From: an uncultured Actinomycetota bacterium
GTDB taxonomy: Bacteria; Actinomycetota; Actinomycetes; Mycobacteriales; Pseudonocardiaceae
Direction: 5' to 3'
NCBI GenBank assembly: GCA_963766275.1
Contig: CAVYAD010000043.1
Coordinates: forward strand, 216,549 to 280,548
DNA: 64,000 nucleotides
The notes under the pieces were generated by a model, which ran no database searches, had not been told where the DNA came from, and saw only the letters and a program-made list of their open reading frames with translations. The stretch's first letter is position 1. Each line of letters begins with the position of its first letter. Positions 47,338 to 56,167 of the stretch are shown here, piece by piece. The translations under genes were made by a program, and so were the position numbers.

Positions 47338-48843
47338 CCAGCCCTCCGCGACGACGTCGCCGCGCGCGTGGACGTACACGCCACGGCCGTTGTACAGGCC
47401 CGCCTTGGTGTAGACGAACCTCGTCTTGACGGGTTCTGTTGCCACCCAACGACGTTTCGTCGTGGTGATCGTGCGGACGTCCTGCCACGCGGTGCCGTCC
47501 CAGTGCTGGACCGTCAGCTTGTCACCCTTGTCGACGTCCACGAACACCTCGGCCGGCCGTTCGGCGGTCAGAGTCGCGCCGGAAGTCGTTGCGCGCCAAG
47601 CCTTTCCGTGAGACTTGACGGCCATCGCCTCGGCGAGTCCGTCCGCGACGGCCCGGCGCGCGGGGTTCACGCTGCCCCAGTCACGGCTGGGGTGCACCCG
47701 GTTGCTGAACAGGATCGCGATGCTCCGGGACGCCTTGTCGATCACGAACGACGTGCCGGTGTAACCGGTGTGACCGGCGGTTCCGAGCCCGCTCAGCGCG
47801 CCCATGTACCAGCGCTGGTCCAGCTCGAAGCCGAGCCCGTGCGCGTTGTCCGGGAACTGCTGGTTGAAGTTCGTCAGCATCAGCTCGACGGAGTGCTCGC
47901 TCAGGATCCGGCGGCCCTGGTAGGTGCCGCCGTTGAGGATCGTCTGGCCGAGGATCGCAAGGTCTTTGGCGGTGCCGAAAACGCCCGCATGGCCGGCCAC
48001 TCCTCCGAGGGACCACGCGTTCTCGTCGTGCACTTCGCCGCGAACGATGCCACGCGGTGGTGCCGACTGGAACTCCGTCGCAGCCGTGCGGTTCCTGGCT
48101 TTCGGGTTGTAGCCGGTGTCCTTCATGTTGAGCGGCTTGGTGATGCCGTCCCGCACGGCCTGGTCGAGCTTCTTGCCGCTGACCTTGTGGATGAGCTCGC
48201 CGAGCGTGATCAGGTTCAGGTCGGAGTAGACGTACGTGGTGCCGGGCGTGGACTTCGGCTTCACGTCCATCACGGCTTTGATGCGTGACGGGATGTCCGG
48301 GTACAGCTTCCACAACGGGATGAACGGCTCAAGGCCGCTCGTGTGTGTGAGGAGCTGCTTGACGGTGATGTTCTCCTTGCCGTTCACGCCGAACTCGGGC
48401 AGGTATGTGGCGACCTTCTCGTCGATGTTCACCCGGCCCTGCTCGACCTGCTGGATCACCGCGATCGACGTGAAGAGCTTCGAGATCGAGGCCAGGTCGA
48501 AGATCGTGTCCTTGCGCATGGCGACGCGTTCTTCTTCTGGCAGCTGGGTTTGCTGGTCTTTGTAGAGGACCGCGTAACCCGTGCGGTCGTGCGTGACGAT
48601 CTTGCCGTCGTGCACGTACATCGTCACCGCGCCCGCGAAGAGCGGCTTGCCGTTGGCCTGGGGTTTCGTGAAGTCCCGGACTTGGCGCAGCGCCGTGTTG
48701 ACCGGCTCCGGGTCGAGACCGGCCCAGTACGGGTTGGATTCGCGCAGGGTCGTCCACGGGGACGCGAAACCGTCCTGTGGCTGGTCGAAGTGACCGGGGA
48801 TCGCAGCCGTCACGAGTGCGACGGCCAGTGCAGGGATGAGCAT
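47320..48843 (-). CDS. Secreted beta-lactamase-family serine hydrolase (AmiE-like exo-amidase candidate)
   Basis: FDLASISK, LLTHTSG, YSD, GHTGYTG; in operon with namZ and nagZ. Confidence 0.85.
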   Translation of the reverse strand: MLIPALAVALVTAAIPGHFDQPQDGFASPWTTLRESNPYWAGLDPEPVNTALRQVRDFTKPQANGKPLFAGAVTMYVHDGKIVTHDRTGYAVLYKDQQTQLPEEERVAMRKDTIFDLASISKLFTSIAVIQQVEQGRVNIDEKVATYLPEFGVNGKENITVKQLLTHTSGLEPFIPLWKLYPDIPSRIKAVMDVKPKSTPGTTYVYSDLNLITLGELIHKVSGKKLDQAVRDGITKPLNMKDTGYNPKARNRTAATEFQSAPPRGIVRGEVHDENAWSLGGVAGHAGVFGTAKDLAILGQTILNGGTYQGRRILSEHSVELMLTNFNQQFPDNAHGLGFELDQRWYMGALSGLGTAGHTGYTGTSFVIDKASRSIAILFSNRVHPSRDWGSVNPARRAVADGLAEAMAVKSHGKAWRATTSGATLTAERPAEVFVDVDKGDKLTVQHWDGTAWQDVRTITTTKRRWVATEPVKTRFVYTKAGLYNGRGVYVHARGDVVAEGWSPARR

Positions 48844-48850
48844 GGCGTCC

Positions 48851-50056
48851 TCACCGGTAGCGCAGGTAGGGCAGGCGGGTGCGGCGGAACTGCCGCAGTT
48901 CCTGTTGCCAGGCACCGACGATGTCGTCGGTTGTGGCGTTGGCGTCGATCATCCTGCGGAGCCGGTCGGAGCCGCTGAGCTTGTCGATCCAGTTGTCCGG
49001 CCGCCACGCGAACACGGCCGGGTAGAGCGACTTCGCGGTGCCGATCATCGCCACGGCGGCCCTGATCGCGTCGAACTCGTGCGGGTCGGTGACGTGCAGG
49101 GTGACACCGCCGCAGGTCTTGCCCTGGAACTTGTTGAACGTCGGCGCGAAGTACGTCTCGCGGAACCGGACTCCCTTGAGGTTCAACGAGTTCAGCGCCT
49201 CGGCCCAGCGCCAGTCGATGCCGGGCGCGCCGACGGTCTCGAACGGGCGGGTGGTGCCGCGGCCCTCGGACAGCACGGTGCCCTCGAACAGGCACGTGCC
49301 GGGGTAGACCAGCGCGGTGTCCTGGGTGGGCATGTTCGGGCTCGGCGGCACCCACGGCAGCCCGGTGTCGAGCTGGTCGCGGCGCCACCCTCGGACGTTG
49401 ACCACTTCGAGTTTCGTGGTGAGGCCGAACTCGCCAACGTAGAAGCGGGCCAGTTCGCCGACGGTCATGCCGTGTTGCTGGACGATCGGTTTCAGGCCGA
49501 CGCCGGTGGCATAGGCGGGATCGAGCTGCGGGCCGTTGGCCGTGCCGCCGATGGGGTTCGGGCGGTCCAGGACGATGAAGTCGAGGTTCGCCGCGGCCTG
49601 CATCGCCGTGTACATCGACCAGATGTACGTATAGAAGCGCGCGCCGACGTCCGCGATGTCGAAGACGACGGTGTCGATGCCCGCCTTGGTGAACATCGCC
49701 TGGAGCTTTGCCGCGTTGGCGCCGTACGCGTCGTACACCGGGACACCGGTGCGTGGGTCGGCGTAGTCACCCTCGGAACCGCCGGCCTGCGCCGTGCCGC
49801 GGAAACCGTGCTCCGGGCCGAAGACCGCCGCCGGCTTCACACCGTGGGCGACCATCGAGTCGACGATGTGCGTCTGGTCTTTCAGCACGCCCGTCGGGTT
49901 CGTGAGCACGCCGACCTTGCGGCCCTTGAGCTTGCGCCAGCCATCTTGCGCGAGCTGTTCCGCACCGGCGGTGAGGGTTCGGGTCGCGTTCGCGGTGCCC
50001 GTGGTGAGAAGCGGGACGGACAGTGAACTTGCTACGAGGAACTGTCGTCTCCGCAT
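48851..50056 (-). CDS. namZ: Exo-beta-N-acetylmuramidase NamZ (DUF1343), Tat-exported
   Basis: MRRRQFL Tat motif; PEHGFRG, DVGARFYTY, LDRPNP, PSPNMP, SEGRGT. Confidence 0.9.
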   Translation of the reverse strand: MRRRQFLVASSLSVPLLTTGTANATRTLTAGAEQLAQDGWRKLKGRKVGVLTNPTGVLKDQTHIVDSMVAHGVKPAAVFGPEHGFRGTAQAGGSEGDYADPRTGVPVYDAYGANAAKLQAMFTKAGIDTVVFDIADVGARFYTYIWSMYTAMQAAANLDFIVLDRPNPIGGTANGPQLDPAYATGVGLKPIVQQHGMTVGELARFYVGEFGLTTKLEVVNVRGWRRDQLDTGLPWVPPSPNMPTQDTALVYPGTCLFEGTVLSEGRGTTRPFETVGAPGIDWRWAEALNSLNLKGVRFRETYFAPTFNKFQGKTCGGVTLHVTDPHEFDAIRAAVAMIGTAKSLYPAVFAWRPDNWIDKLSGSDRLRRMIDANATTDDIVGAWQQELRQFRRTRLPYLRYR

Positions 50057-50058
50057 CG

Positions 50059-51750
50059 TCACCAGCTCAATCCGTGTCCGAACGGGTAGGGGGTCGGGCC
50101 GGGCACGACGACCGGGAGCTTGCCCTGCGGCTTGGTTTCGCCGAGCAGCACCTCGGCCAGCGCCTCCATCGAGGGCGTGGTGGTCGAGTACGTGGCGAGC
50201 CACGTCTTGGCGTTGCCGTAGCCGACGTCGTAGGGCACGCCGGTGGCGACCGCGATGACCGGCTTGCCGGTGGCGACGAGCTGGTTCAGCAGGTCGAGCT
50301 GGGCGGGCCTGGTCAGTCCGTTGGTCAGCATGACGATCTTGTCCGCGTTCGCGGCCGCTGCCAGCGCCTGCTGTGTCTGCGCTGGTGTCGGGCTCGTTGC
50401 CGTGATCACCTTGGTGGCCTTGAGCCTTGTCGCGAGGGTGGTGGCCGGGGCGTCCGAGGTGCCGACGACCAGGGGAGCGGTGGCCTGGAGCGGGATCGCC
50501 TGCGCGTCGTTGCGGACTGCGGTGATCGTGCGGTCGGTGATGCGCTGGGCGGCGTCCTTGTTCGAACCGACGACCTGGTCGACCTTGGTCTCATCGACCT
50601 CGGCGGTGAGCATCACGCCTCGCATGAGCTTCATCTTGAGGATGCGCAGCACGCTCTCGTTGATGCGCTGCTCGGAGATCTCACCGCTGCGGACGGCCTT
50701 GAGGACGCTGTCGATCGCGAGGCCCAGGTTCGGCGGCATCAGCAGCTGGTCGACGCCCGCCTTGATGGCGAGGATCGGGATCTCCGCGTCGTCGGGGTGC
50801 AGCTGGCGGACGCCCGCCATCTCCAGCGAGTCGGTGACGATGACGCCGTCGTAGCCGAGCTCTTCCCTGAGCAGGCCGGTGATGACCCGGTGGGAGAGCG
50901 TGGCCGGTTCCCCGGACGGGTCGATCTTCGGCACCTGGATGTGCGCGGTCATGATCGAGTCGATCTTGGCGGCGATGGCGGCCTTGAACGGCGGCGCGTC
51001 GATCTGGCGCCACTCGTCGAGGGTGCGGCCGGAGACCGGCAGGGAGGTGTGGCTGTCCTCGGACGTGTCGCCGTGGCCGGGGAAGTGCTTGGCGGTCGAC
51101 GTGACGGACTTCGGGTCGAACCAGCGGCGGCCCTCGTAGCCGGTGACCTGGGCCTTCACCATGTCGGCCGCGAGCGTCGGGTCACTGGAGAAGCTGCGCA
51201 CGCCGATGATCGGGTTCGCCGGGTTGGAGTTGACGTCCGCGTCCGGCGCGAAGTTCTGGTTGATGCCCATCGCGCGGAGCTCTTGGGCCGTGATGCGCGC
51301 GGCCTCCTCGGCGTCCGCGGTGGAACGGCCCGCGCCGAGCGCCATGTTGCCCGGCAGCTGCGTGGCGGGTGGGCCGATGCGCGTGACGAGACCCATCTCC
51401 TGGTCCGTCGAGATGAGCAACGGGATCGGGCTGGCCTTCTGCAGGCCGTTCGAGAGCCGCGCGATCTGCTTCGGGGTGTCGATGTTGTCGCGCGACGAGT
51501 TGTTGAAGTAGATGACGCCGCCGGGGCGGTACTTGCGCACCATCTCCTGTGGCGTGCCGACGCCGAAGTCGGTGTTGTTCTTGGGGTGCGGGACGTCGGC
51601 GGCCTGGCCGTTGACGTACGTGACGAAGAGCTGGCCGACCTTCTCTTCCAGCGACATCCCGCGCAGGGTGGTCACGGTGGCGTCCGCTCGCGCCACGGGC
51701 GTGAGCGCGATCATGGCCGTGGCCAGCGTGAACGCGGCGATTTTCCGCAC
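50059..51750 (-). CDS. nagZ: Secreted GH3 beta-N-acetylglucosaminidase
   Basis: DQEMG, KHFPGHGDTSEDSH NagZ signature, TDSLEM; signal peptide; RBS GGGAGG. Confidence 0.92.
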   Translation of the reverse strand: MRKIAAFTLATAMIALTPVARADATVTTLRGMSLEEKVGQLFVTYVNGQAADVPHPKNNTDFGVGTPQEMVRKYRPGGVIYFNNSSRDNIDTPKQIARLSNGLQKASPIPLLISTDQEMGLVTRIGPPATQLPGNMALGAGRSTADAEEAARITAQELRAMGINQNFAPDADVNSNPANPIIGVRSFSSDPTLAADMVKAQVTGYEGRRWFDPKSVTSTAKHFPGHGDTSEDSHTSLPVSGRTLDEWRQIDAPPFKAAIAAKIDSIMTAHIQVPKIDPSGEPATLSHRVITGLLREELGYDGVIVTDSLEMAGVRQLHPDDAEIPILAIKAGVDQLLMPPNLGLAIDSVLKAVRSGEISEQRINESVLRILKMKLMRGVMLTAEVDETKVDQVVGSNKDAAQRITDRTITAVRNDAQAIPLQATAPLVVGTSDAPATTLATRLKATKVITATSPTPAQTQQALAAAANADKIVMLTNGLTRPAQLDLLNQLVATGKPVIAVATGVPYDVGYGNAKTWLATYSTTTPSMEALAEVLLGETKPQGKLPVVVPGPTPYPFGHGLSW

Positions 51751-51888
51751 TAGTACGAGCCTCCCGGTGATGTTCCCACAGGTAACTGGCGTATTTCGCA
51801 AGTTACTCACGTGCTCGTGGTGGGTCAACGGGGGCGCATTCTGCCGGTCGCGCGAGTTCTTCACAGGATCCGAGCGGACCCTTCACAC

Positions 51889-51923
51889 AAAAACAGACAG
51901 GGCGCCCCCGGAAGGGCGCCCTG
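51889..51923 (-). terminator. Intrinsic terminator of Ms1
   Basis: CAGGGCGCCC-N6-GGGCGCCCTG followed by TCTGTTTTT. Confidence 0.8.
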
Positions 51924-52128
51924 CCAACAGCGCGGGCTTGCGAGTTACCAAGCGTGCAACTCTAGTCGTACAACCCTGGCCTCGGCGTCCGGCGTCCCGG
52001 TACGCAGGCCCTAGACGACAAGCCTCCCGCGGCGTGCTGCGCGTGGGTACTCGAAGTCCGCGCACGGAGCTTGGCCGGGGTGGATCCTGACTTCTCTTCG
52101 TCTGGCCCCTGGCCGACCCGAGGTCCGC
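51889..52128 (-). ncRNA. ms1: Ms1 RNA (RNA-polymerase-binding sRNA), ends approximate
   Basis: Downstream of the HAD phosphatase; blocks GAAGAGAAG, ACCCACGCG, GGGCCTGCGTA, GCACGCTTGGTAAC that I recall from Ms1; 3' terminator. Confidence 0.82.
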
Positions 52129-52364
52129 ACCACCCATTTAAGTGCGTGGGGGCGGTCACAGCAAGGGCTCGGACGGGTGCACCGGTCAAGCCACGTTAAG
52201 TAGTGAAAGTACTGGCGTTTCAGGATTTGTGAGCGTTCGTTCATGTCTGGGTACCGCTGACAGGGCGGCTCCGTGCACTCACGCGAACACCACGTGTGCG
52301 GCGCGTTGCCGCTACTCGCCAGTACCCATCTCGAAGGCTTCGTTTCGGGCTCGGGGGCTTGACT

Positions 52365-53159
52365 TCAGTCGCGGCTTCGCTTCCGCCTCAGGCCGTACCA
52401 GGCGGCTCCGGCGGCGGCGACCGCGCCGAGACTGATGGCCGTGACAGCCACTGCCTTGCCCGACGGCGTGGGGATCCGGGAGCGCAGGCTCACCGGGTCG
52501 GAGAACTGGAGCACCGGCCAGTCCTTCAGCGCGGCGGTGCGGCGCAGGGCGCGGTCCGGGTTCACGACCGTCGGGTGGCCGACGACCTCGAGCATCGGCA
52601 GGTCCGAGACCGAGTCCGAGTAGGCGTAGCTGTTCGCGAGGTCGTAGTCGAACTCGGCGGCGAGCTGCTTGATGGCGACCGCCTTGTTCTCGGCGGCGCA
52701 GTAGAACTCGACGTCGCCGGTGTAGCGGCCGTCCTGGACGACCATCTTCGTGCCGACGCTGTGCGTGGCGCCGATCATGTGCGCAATTGGGGCGACAAGT
52801 TCCTCGCCGGATGCACTCACGATGACGACGTCGTGCCCCTCCGCCTTGTGGTCGGCGATGAGCTGCGTCGCCTCCTTGTAGACCAGTGGATCGACGATGT
52901 CGTGCAGCGTTTCGTCGACGATGCCGCGCACCTGTTCGACGTCCCAGCCGGCGGCCAATGCGGTGATGTGCGCGCGCATGCGTTCCATCTGATCTGTGTC
53001 CGCGCCTGCCAGCATGAACACGAACTGCGCATAAGCGCTCTTCAGCACCGCGCGGCGGTTGATCAACCCGCCCTGGAAGAACGGTCGGCTGAACGCGAGC
53101 GTGCTCGACTTCGCGATCACGGTCTTGTCCAGGTCGAAGAAGGCGGCGGTCCTACTCAT
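52365..53159 (-). CDS. HAD-IB (SerB-like) hydrolase, Rv3661-like
   Basis: AAFFDLDKT, VSAS, K, AYSDSVSDLP. Confidence 0.93.
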   Translation of the reverse strand: MSRTAAFFDLDKTVIAKSSTLAFSRPFFQGGLINRRAVLKSAYAQFVFMLAGADTDQMERMRAHITALAAGWDVEQVRGIVDETLHDIVDPLVYKEATQLIADHKAEGHDVVIVSASGEELVAPIAHMIGATHSVGTKMVVQDGRYTGDVEFYCAAENKAVAIKQLAAEFDYDLANSYAYSDSVSDLPMLEVVGHPTVVNPDRALRRTAALKDWPVLQFSDPVSLRSRIPTPSGKAVAVTAISLGAVAAAGAAWYGLRRKRSRD

Positions 53160-53308
53160 GGGCCCAGCTTAGGTGTACTCGCCAGTAGGCCGTTCGGGCG
53201 GCATTTCGGCATTGGACGAAACCGTTGTGCTGCACGGTTACCGAAACTTGCCCTTTGGCTGTTGCGGAAGTTGCGCGCGGCACTGGCGCATGGGGATACA
53301 GTAGGAGA

Positions 53309-53398
53309 GTCCGGTTCGACGGACGGGTTCAGTCCGACCCCCCGGGACTGAACCATTGACGACCCCCGTCCCTCCCCCCTGACGGGGGTCGTCCCATA
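53309..53398 (+). ncRNA. 6C: 6C RNA
   Basis: Two hairpins GGTTCAGTCC/GGACTGAACC and GACGACCCCCGTC/GACGGGGGTCGTC, each loop with six C; TACAGT -10 at 53297; between HAD gene and ssd. Confidence 0.92.
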
Positions 53399-53472
53399 TC
53401 CACGCCACGTTTCCGCGTGAGTGCGACTGGACCTCTGCGGCCTTTTCGGCCCGCTCCGCCGCGCAACCCCTC

Positions 53473-53502
53473 ACCATCGCACACAGCCCCGACAGTTCCG
53501 GC
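53473..53502 (-). promoter_or_regulatory. PafBC-like promoter motif facing 6C (antisense) and the HAD gene
   Basis: TGTCGG-N10-GATGGT; 53477-53502 is 24/26 identical to 62927-62952. Confidence 0.4.
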
Positions 53503-53527
53503 GTTCCAGGGCTCTCAAGATCGCGAC

Positions 53528-53554
53528 TTGTCCACACCCCGCGATTTGTCCACA
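53528..53554 (+). promoter_or_regulatory. Two tandem DnaA boxes upstream of ssd
   Basis: TTGTCCACA at 53528-53536 and 53546-53554. Confidence 0.65.
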
Positions 53555-53606
53555 TCTGGATCTTCCCTCGTTGTGTCGTTCATCACGACCAACCACCGTG
53601 GATCCC

Positions 53607-54641
53607 ATGACCCACCCCACCGCACTGCTCACGGACCCACTGCTCCTCGACGAGGTCCTCCGCCTGGCCGCCGCGGCCGACTGCCAGGTCACCTGCGTTC
53701 CGGACGTCGTCTCCCTGCGCACGCAATGGCAGTCCGCGCCCCTCGTGCTGGTGGATCCCGTCGGCCTCGCCGCCTGCCTCGCCGCGGATCTCCCGCGCCG
53801 CCCCGGAGTGTTCGTCGTCCACGGAGGCGACCCGCCGTGGTCACCCGCTATCGCACTGGGCGCCCAGGCCGTCCTCGAACTGCCCCGCGAAGGCCGCGCC
53901 CTGGTGAGCGCTCTCGCCGACCTCGACGAGGGCCCACCCTCGGACCGCGGCCGAGTGCTCTCGTTCCTCGGTGGCCGCGGCGGCGCCGGTGCCTCGATCC
54001 TGGCCATCGCCTGCGGCCGTGAAGCCGCCGCTTCGGGCAGCGAGGCCATGCTCGTCGACTGCGACCCACTCGGCGGTGGCATCGACCTGGCCCTCGGCAC
54101 CGAGTCCGCGGAAGGCGCCCGCTGGCCCGGCGTGCACTGCAGCGGCGGCCGCGTCCCGATCTCCGCCCTGCGCACGGCGCTGCCCGCCACCGGCAGCCTC
54201 AGCATCCTCGCCTGCGACCGCACCGGCCCCGACCCGGAACCCCAAGCCGTCGCCGCCGTCCTCGACGCAGGCCGCCGCGCCGGCTGCACCGTCGTCTGCG
54301 ACCTCCCCCGCCACCCCACCGCCGCGGCCTCCGCCGCCCTCGACCGCACCGACCTCACCGTGCTGGTCGTCCCCGCCGAAGTCCGCGCCACCGCCGCAGC
54401 CGGCCGCGTCGCCTCCCACCTCCTCACCCACGGCCGCGACATCCGCCTCGTCGTCCGCGGCCCCTCACCCGGCGGCCTGCGCGCCCAGGAGATCTCCGAG
54501 GTCGTCGGCATCCCCCTCCTCACCCAGATGCGCCCCGAACCCGGCCTCTCCGACGCCCTCGACCGCGGCCGCTTCCCCTGCAACCCCAAGGGCCCACTCG
54601 CCACCGCCGCCCGCCTGGTCCTGAAGGAGCTCCACCCGTGA
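53607..54641 (+). CDS. ssd: Septum site-determining protein Ssd (CpaE/TadZ-like)
   Basis: GGRGGAGAS deviant P-loop, LVDCDPLGGGIDL, VVCDLPR, VVPAEVRA. Confidence 0.92.
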   Translation: MTHPTALLTDPLLLDEVLRLAAAADCQVTCVPDVVSLRTQWQSAPLVLVDPVGLAACLAADLPRRPGVFVVHGGDPPWSPAIALGAQAVLELPREGRALVSALADLDEGPPSDRGRVLSFLGGRGGAGASILAIACGREAAASGSEAMLVDCDPLGGGIDLALGTESAEGARWPGVHCSGGRVPISALRTALPATGSLSILACDRTGPDPEPQAVAAVLDAGRRAGCTVVCDLPRHPTAAASAALDRTDLTVLVVPAEVRATAAAGRVASHLLTHGRDIRLVVRGPSPGGLRAQEISEVVGIPLLTQMRPEPGLSDALDRGRFPCNPKGPLATAARLVLKELHP

Positions 54642-54736
54642 CGCGTCTCCGTATCTGGTCCCGCGCTCTGCTGAACCTCCTCCTCTACGGCAGCATCACC
54701 AAGCCTCCCTACGTCTTCCGCCGGCCTCCACGATGA
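54638..54736 (+). CDS. Putative micro-protein, 32 aa (MTRLRIWSRALLNLLLYGSITKPPYVFRRPPR)
   Basis: GAAGGAG RBS; GTGA overlap with the ssd stop. Confidence 0.5.
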   Translation: MTRLRIWSRALLNLLLYGSITKPPYVFRRPPR

Positions 54737-54957
54737 CCGCCGTGCCTGCACTTTCAAGCCACGCACCGTGTTCCGGGAGCCGCCGCGACTCGCCTGCGTT
54801 CTTGGTGCGGCGCGTACGCAAGCCGGTTGTCCTGTGGCCGGGTGGCCATGCCGACCAGCTGTCATCTCGCCAGACAGCCAAGCCTCCCAACGCATTGCGC
54901 CAACCACCCTGCGACCGCCCTGCCAGGCCGCCCCACACCCTCCAGGAGCTGCGATGA
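54733..54957 (+). CDS. Putative 74-aa linker ORF
   Basis: ATGA overlaps at both ends; sequence low in recognisable features, weak codon bias. Confidence 0.3.
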   Translation: MTAVPALSSHAPCSGSRRDSPAFLVRRVRKPVVLWPGGHADQLSSRQTAKPPNALRQPPCDRPARPPHTLQELR

Positions 54958-55055
54958 GCTGGTTGTTCGCCTGGTGCTGCGAGACCTGGCTCCGCCTCAC
55001 CCGCCGCGAGATCACCTACGGCCGCCACGCCCGCCGCCAAGGGAGCCCCACATGA
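54954..55055 (+). CDS. Putative micro-protein, 33 aa (MSWLFAWCCETWLRLTRREITYGRHARRQGSPT)
   Basis: CAGGAG RBS; ATGA overlap with the tadA start; high GC3. Confidence 0.5.
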   Translation: MSWLFAWCCETWLRLTRREITYGRHARRQGSPT

Positions 55056-56167
55056 CCACCGCTTTGATCGACCGGGTCCGCCACCGTCTGGCCGGCGCCG
55101 ACATGGAGATGACCGCGGCCGTTGTGGCACAGGCGGTCCGTTGTGAAGCGGGTGGTGTGCTGGCCGACGCGGACGTCTTGGAGGCACTCCAAGTTCTTCG
55201 CCAGGAATTCAGCGGCACCGGACCACTCGACCCGTTGCTGGCCGACCCCGGCACCACCGACGTCCTGGTGACCGCGCCGGACCAGGTGTGGGTCGACGGC
55301 ACGGCGGGCCTGCGCCGCACGGACATCACCTTCCCGGACGAGGCCGCGGTTCGCCGCCTCGCCCAGCGCCTGGCGGTGGCAGCGGGCAGGCGCCTCGACG
55401 ACGCCTCGCCGTGCGTCGACGGGTGGTTGCCGGGCAGCGGGGTGCGCATGCACGCCGTGCTCGCGCCCATCGCCGAGCGCACCTGCCTCTCGTTGCGCGT
55501 GCTGCGCCCAGCGACGCACGACCTGACAACGTTGCAGGAGCTCGGGACGTTCGACGCGGAGATCGCCGACGTGCTCCGCATGATGGTCCGCAGGCGCATG
55601 GCGTTCCTGGTGATCGGCGGGACGGGCTCGGGCAAGACGTCGTTGCTGTCCGCGCTGCTCGGCTGTGTCCCGGCAACCGAACGAATCGTGTGCGTGGAAG
55701 ACGCGGGCGAACTGCAGCCGGACCATCCGCAGTTCGTGCGGCTGGTGGCGCGCCCGCCGAACGTCGAGGGCGCCGGCGAGATCACCGTTCGCGAGCTGGT
55801 GCGAGAGGCGCTGCGCATGCGGCCCGACCGGATCGTCGTTGGCGAGGTCCGCGGTGCCGAGGTCCGTGAACTGCTCACCTCGCTCAACACCGGCCACGAA
55901 GGTGGTGCCGGAACCATGCACGCCAACTCGCCGGCCGAAGTGCCTGCCCGGCTCGAAGCACTCGGCGCGTTGGGCGGGCTGGACCGCCAGGCTCTGCACA
56001 GTCAGGTGGCCGCCGCCGTCCGGCTGGTGCTTCACATGCGCCGCAGCGAGGCAGGCACGCGACACCTGGTGGAGATCGGTGCCTTCTCCCGCACCGAGAA
56101 CGGCCTCACCGTCCATCCACTCTGGACGAAAAGCAAGGGCTGGCACGACAAGGAGGCGTTGTGCTGA
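55052..56167 (+). CDS. tadA: TadA/CpaF pilus assembly ATPase
   Basis: GGTGSGKT, VEDAGEL, ALRMRPDRIVVGEVRG, NTGHEG, HAN. Confidence 0.93.
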   Translation: MTTALIDRVRHRLAGADMEMTAAVVAQAVRCEAGGVLADADVLEALQVLRQEFSGTGPLDPLLADPGTTDVLVTAPDQVWVDGTAGLRRTDITFPDEAAVRRLAQRLAVAAGRRLDDASPCVDGWLPGSGVRMHAVLAPIAERTCLSLRVLRPATHDLTTLQELGTFDAEIADVLRMMVRRRMAFLVIGGTGSGKTSLLSALLGCVPATERIVCVEDAGELQPDHPQFVRLVARPPNVEGAGEITVRELVREALRMRPDRIVVGEVRGAEVRELLTSLNTGHEGGAGTMHANSPAEVPARLEALGALGGLDRQALHSQVAAAVRLVLHMRRSEAGTRHLVEIGAFSRTENGLTVHPLWTKSKGWHDKEALC

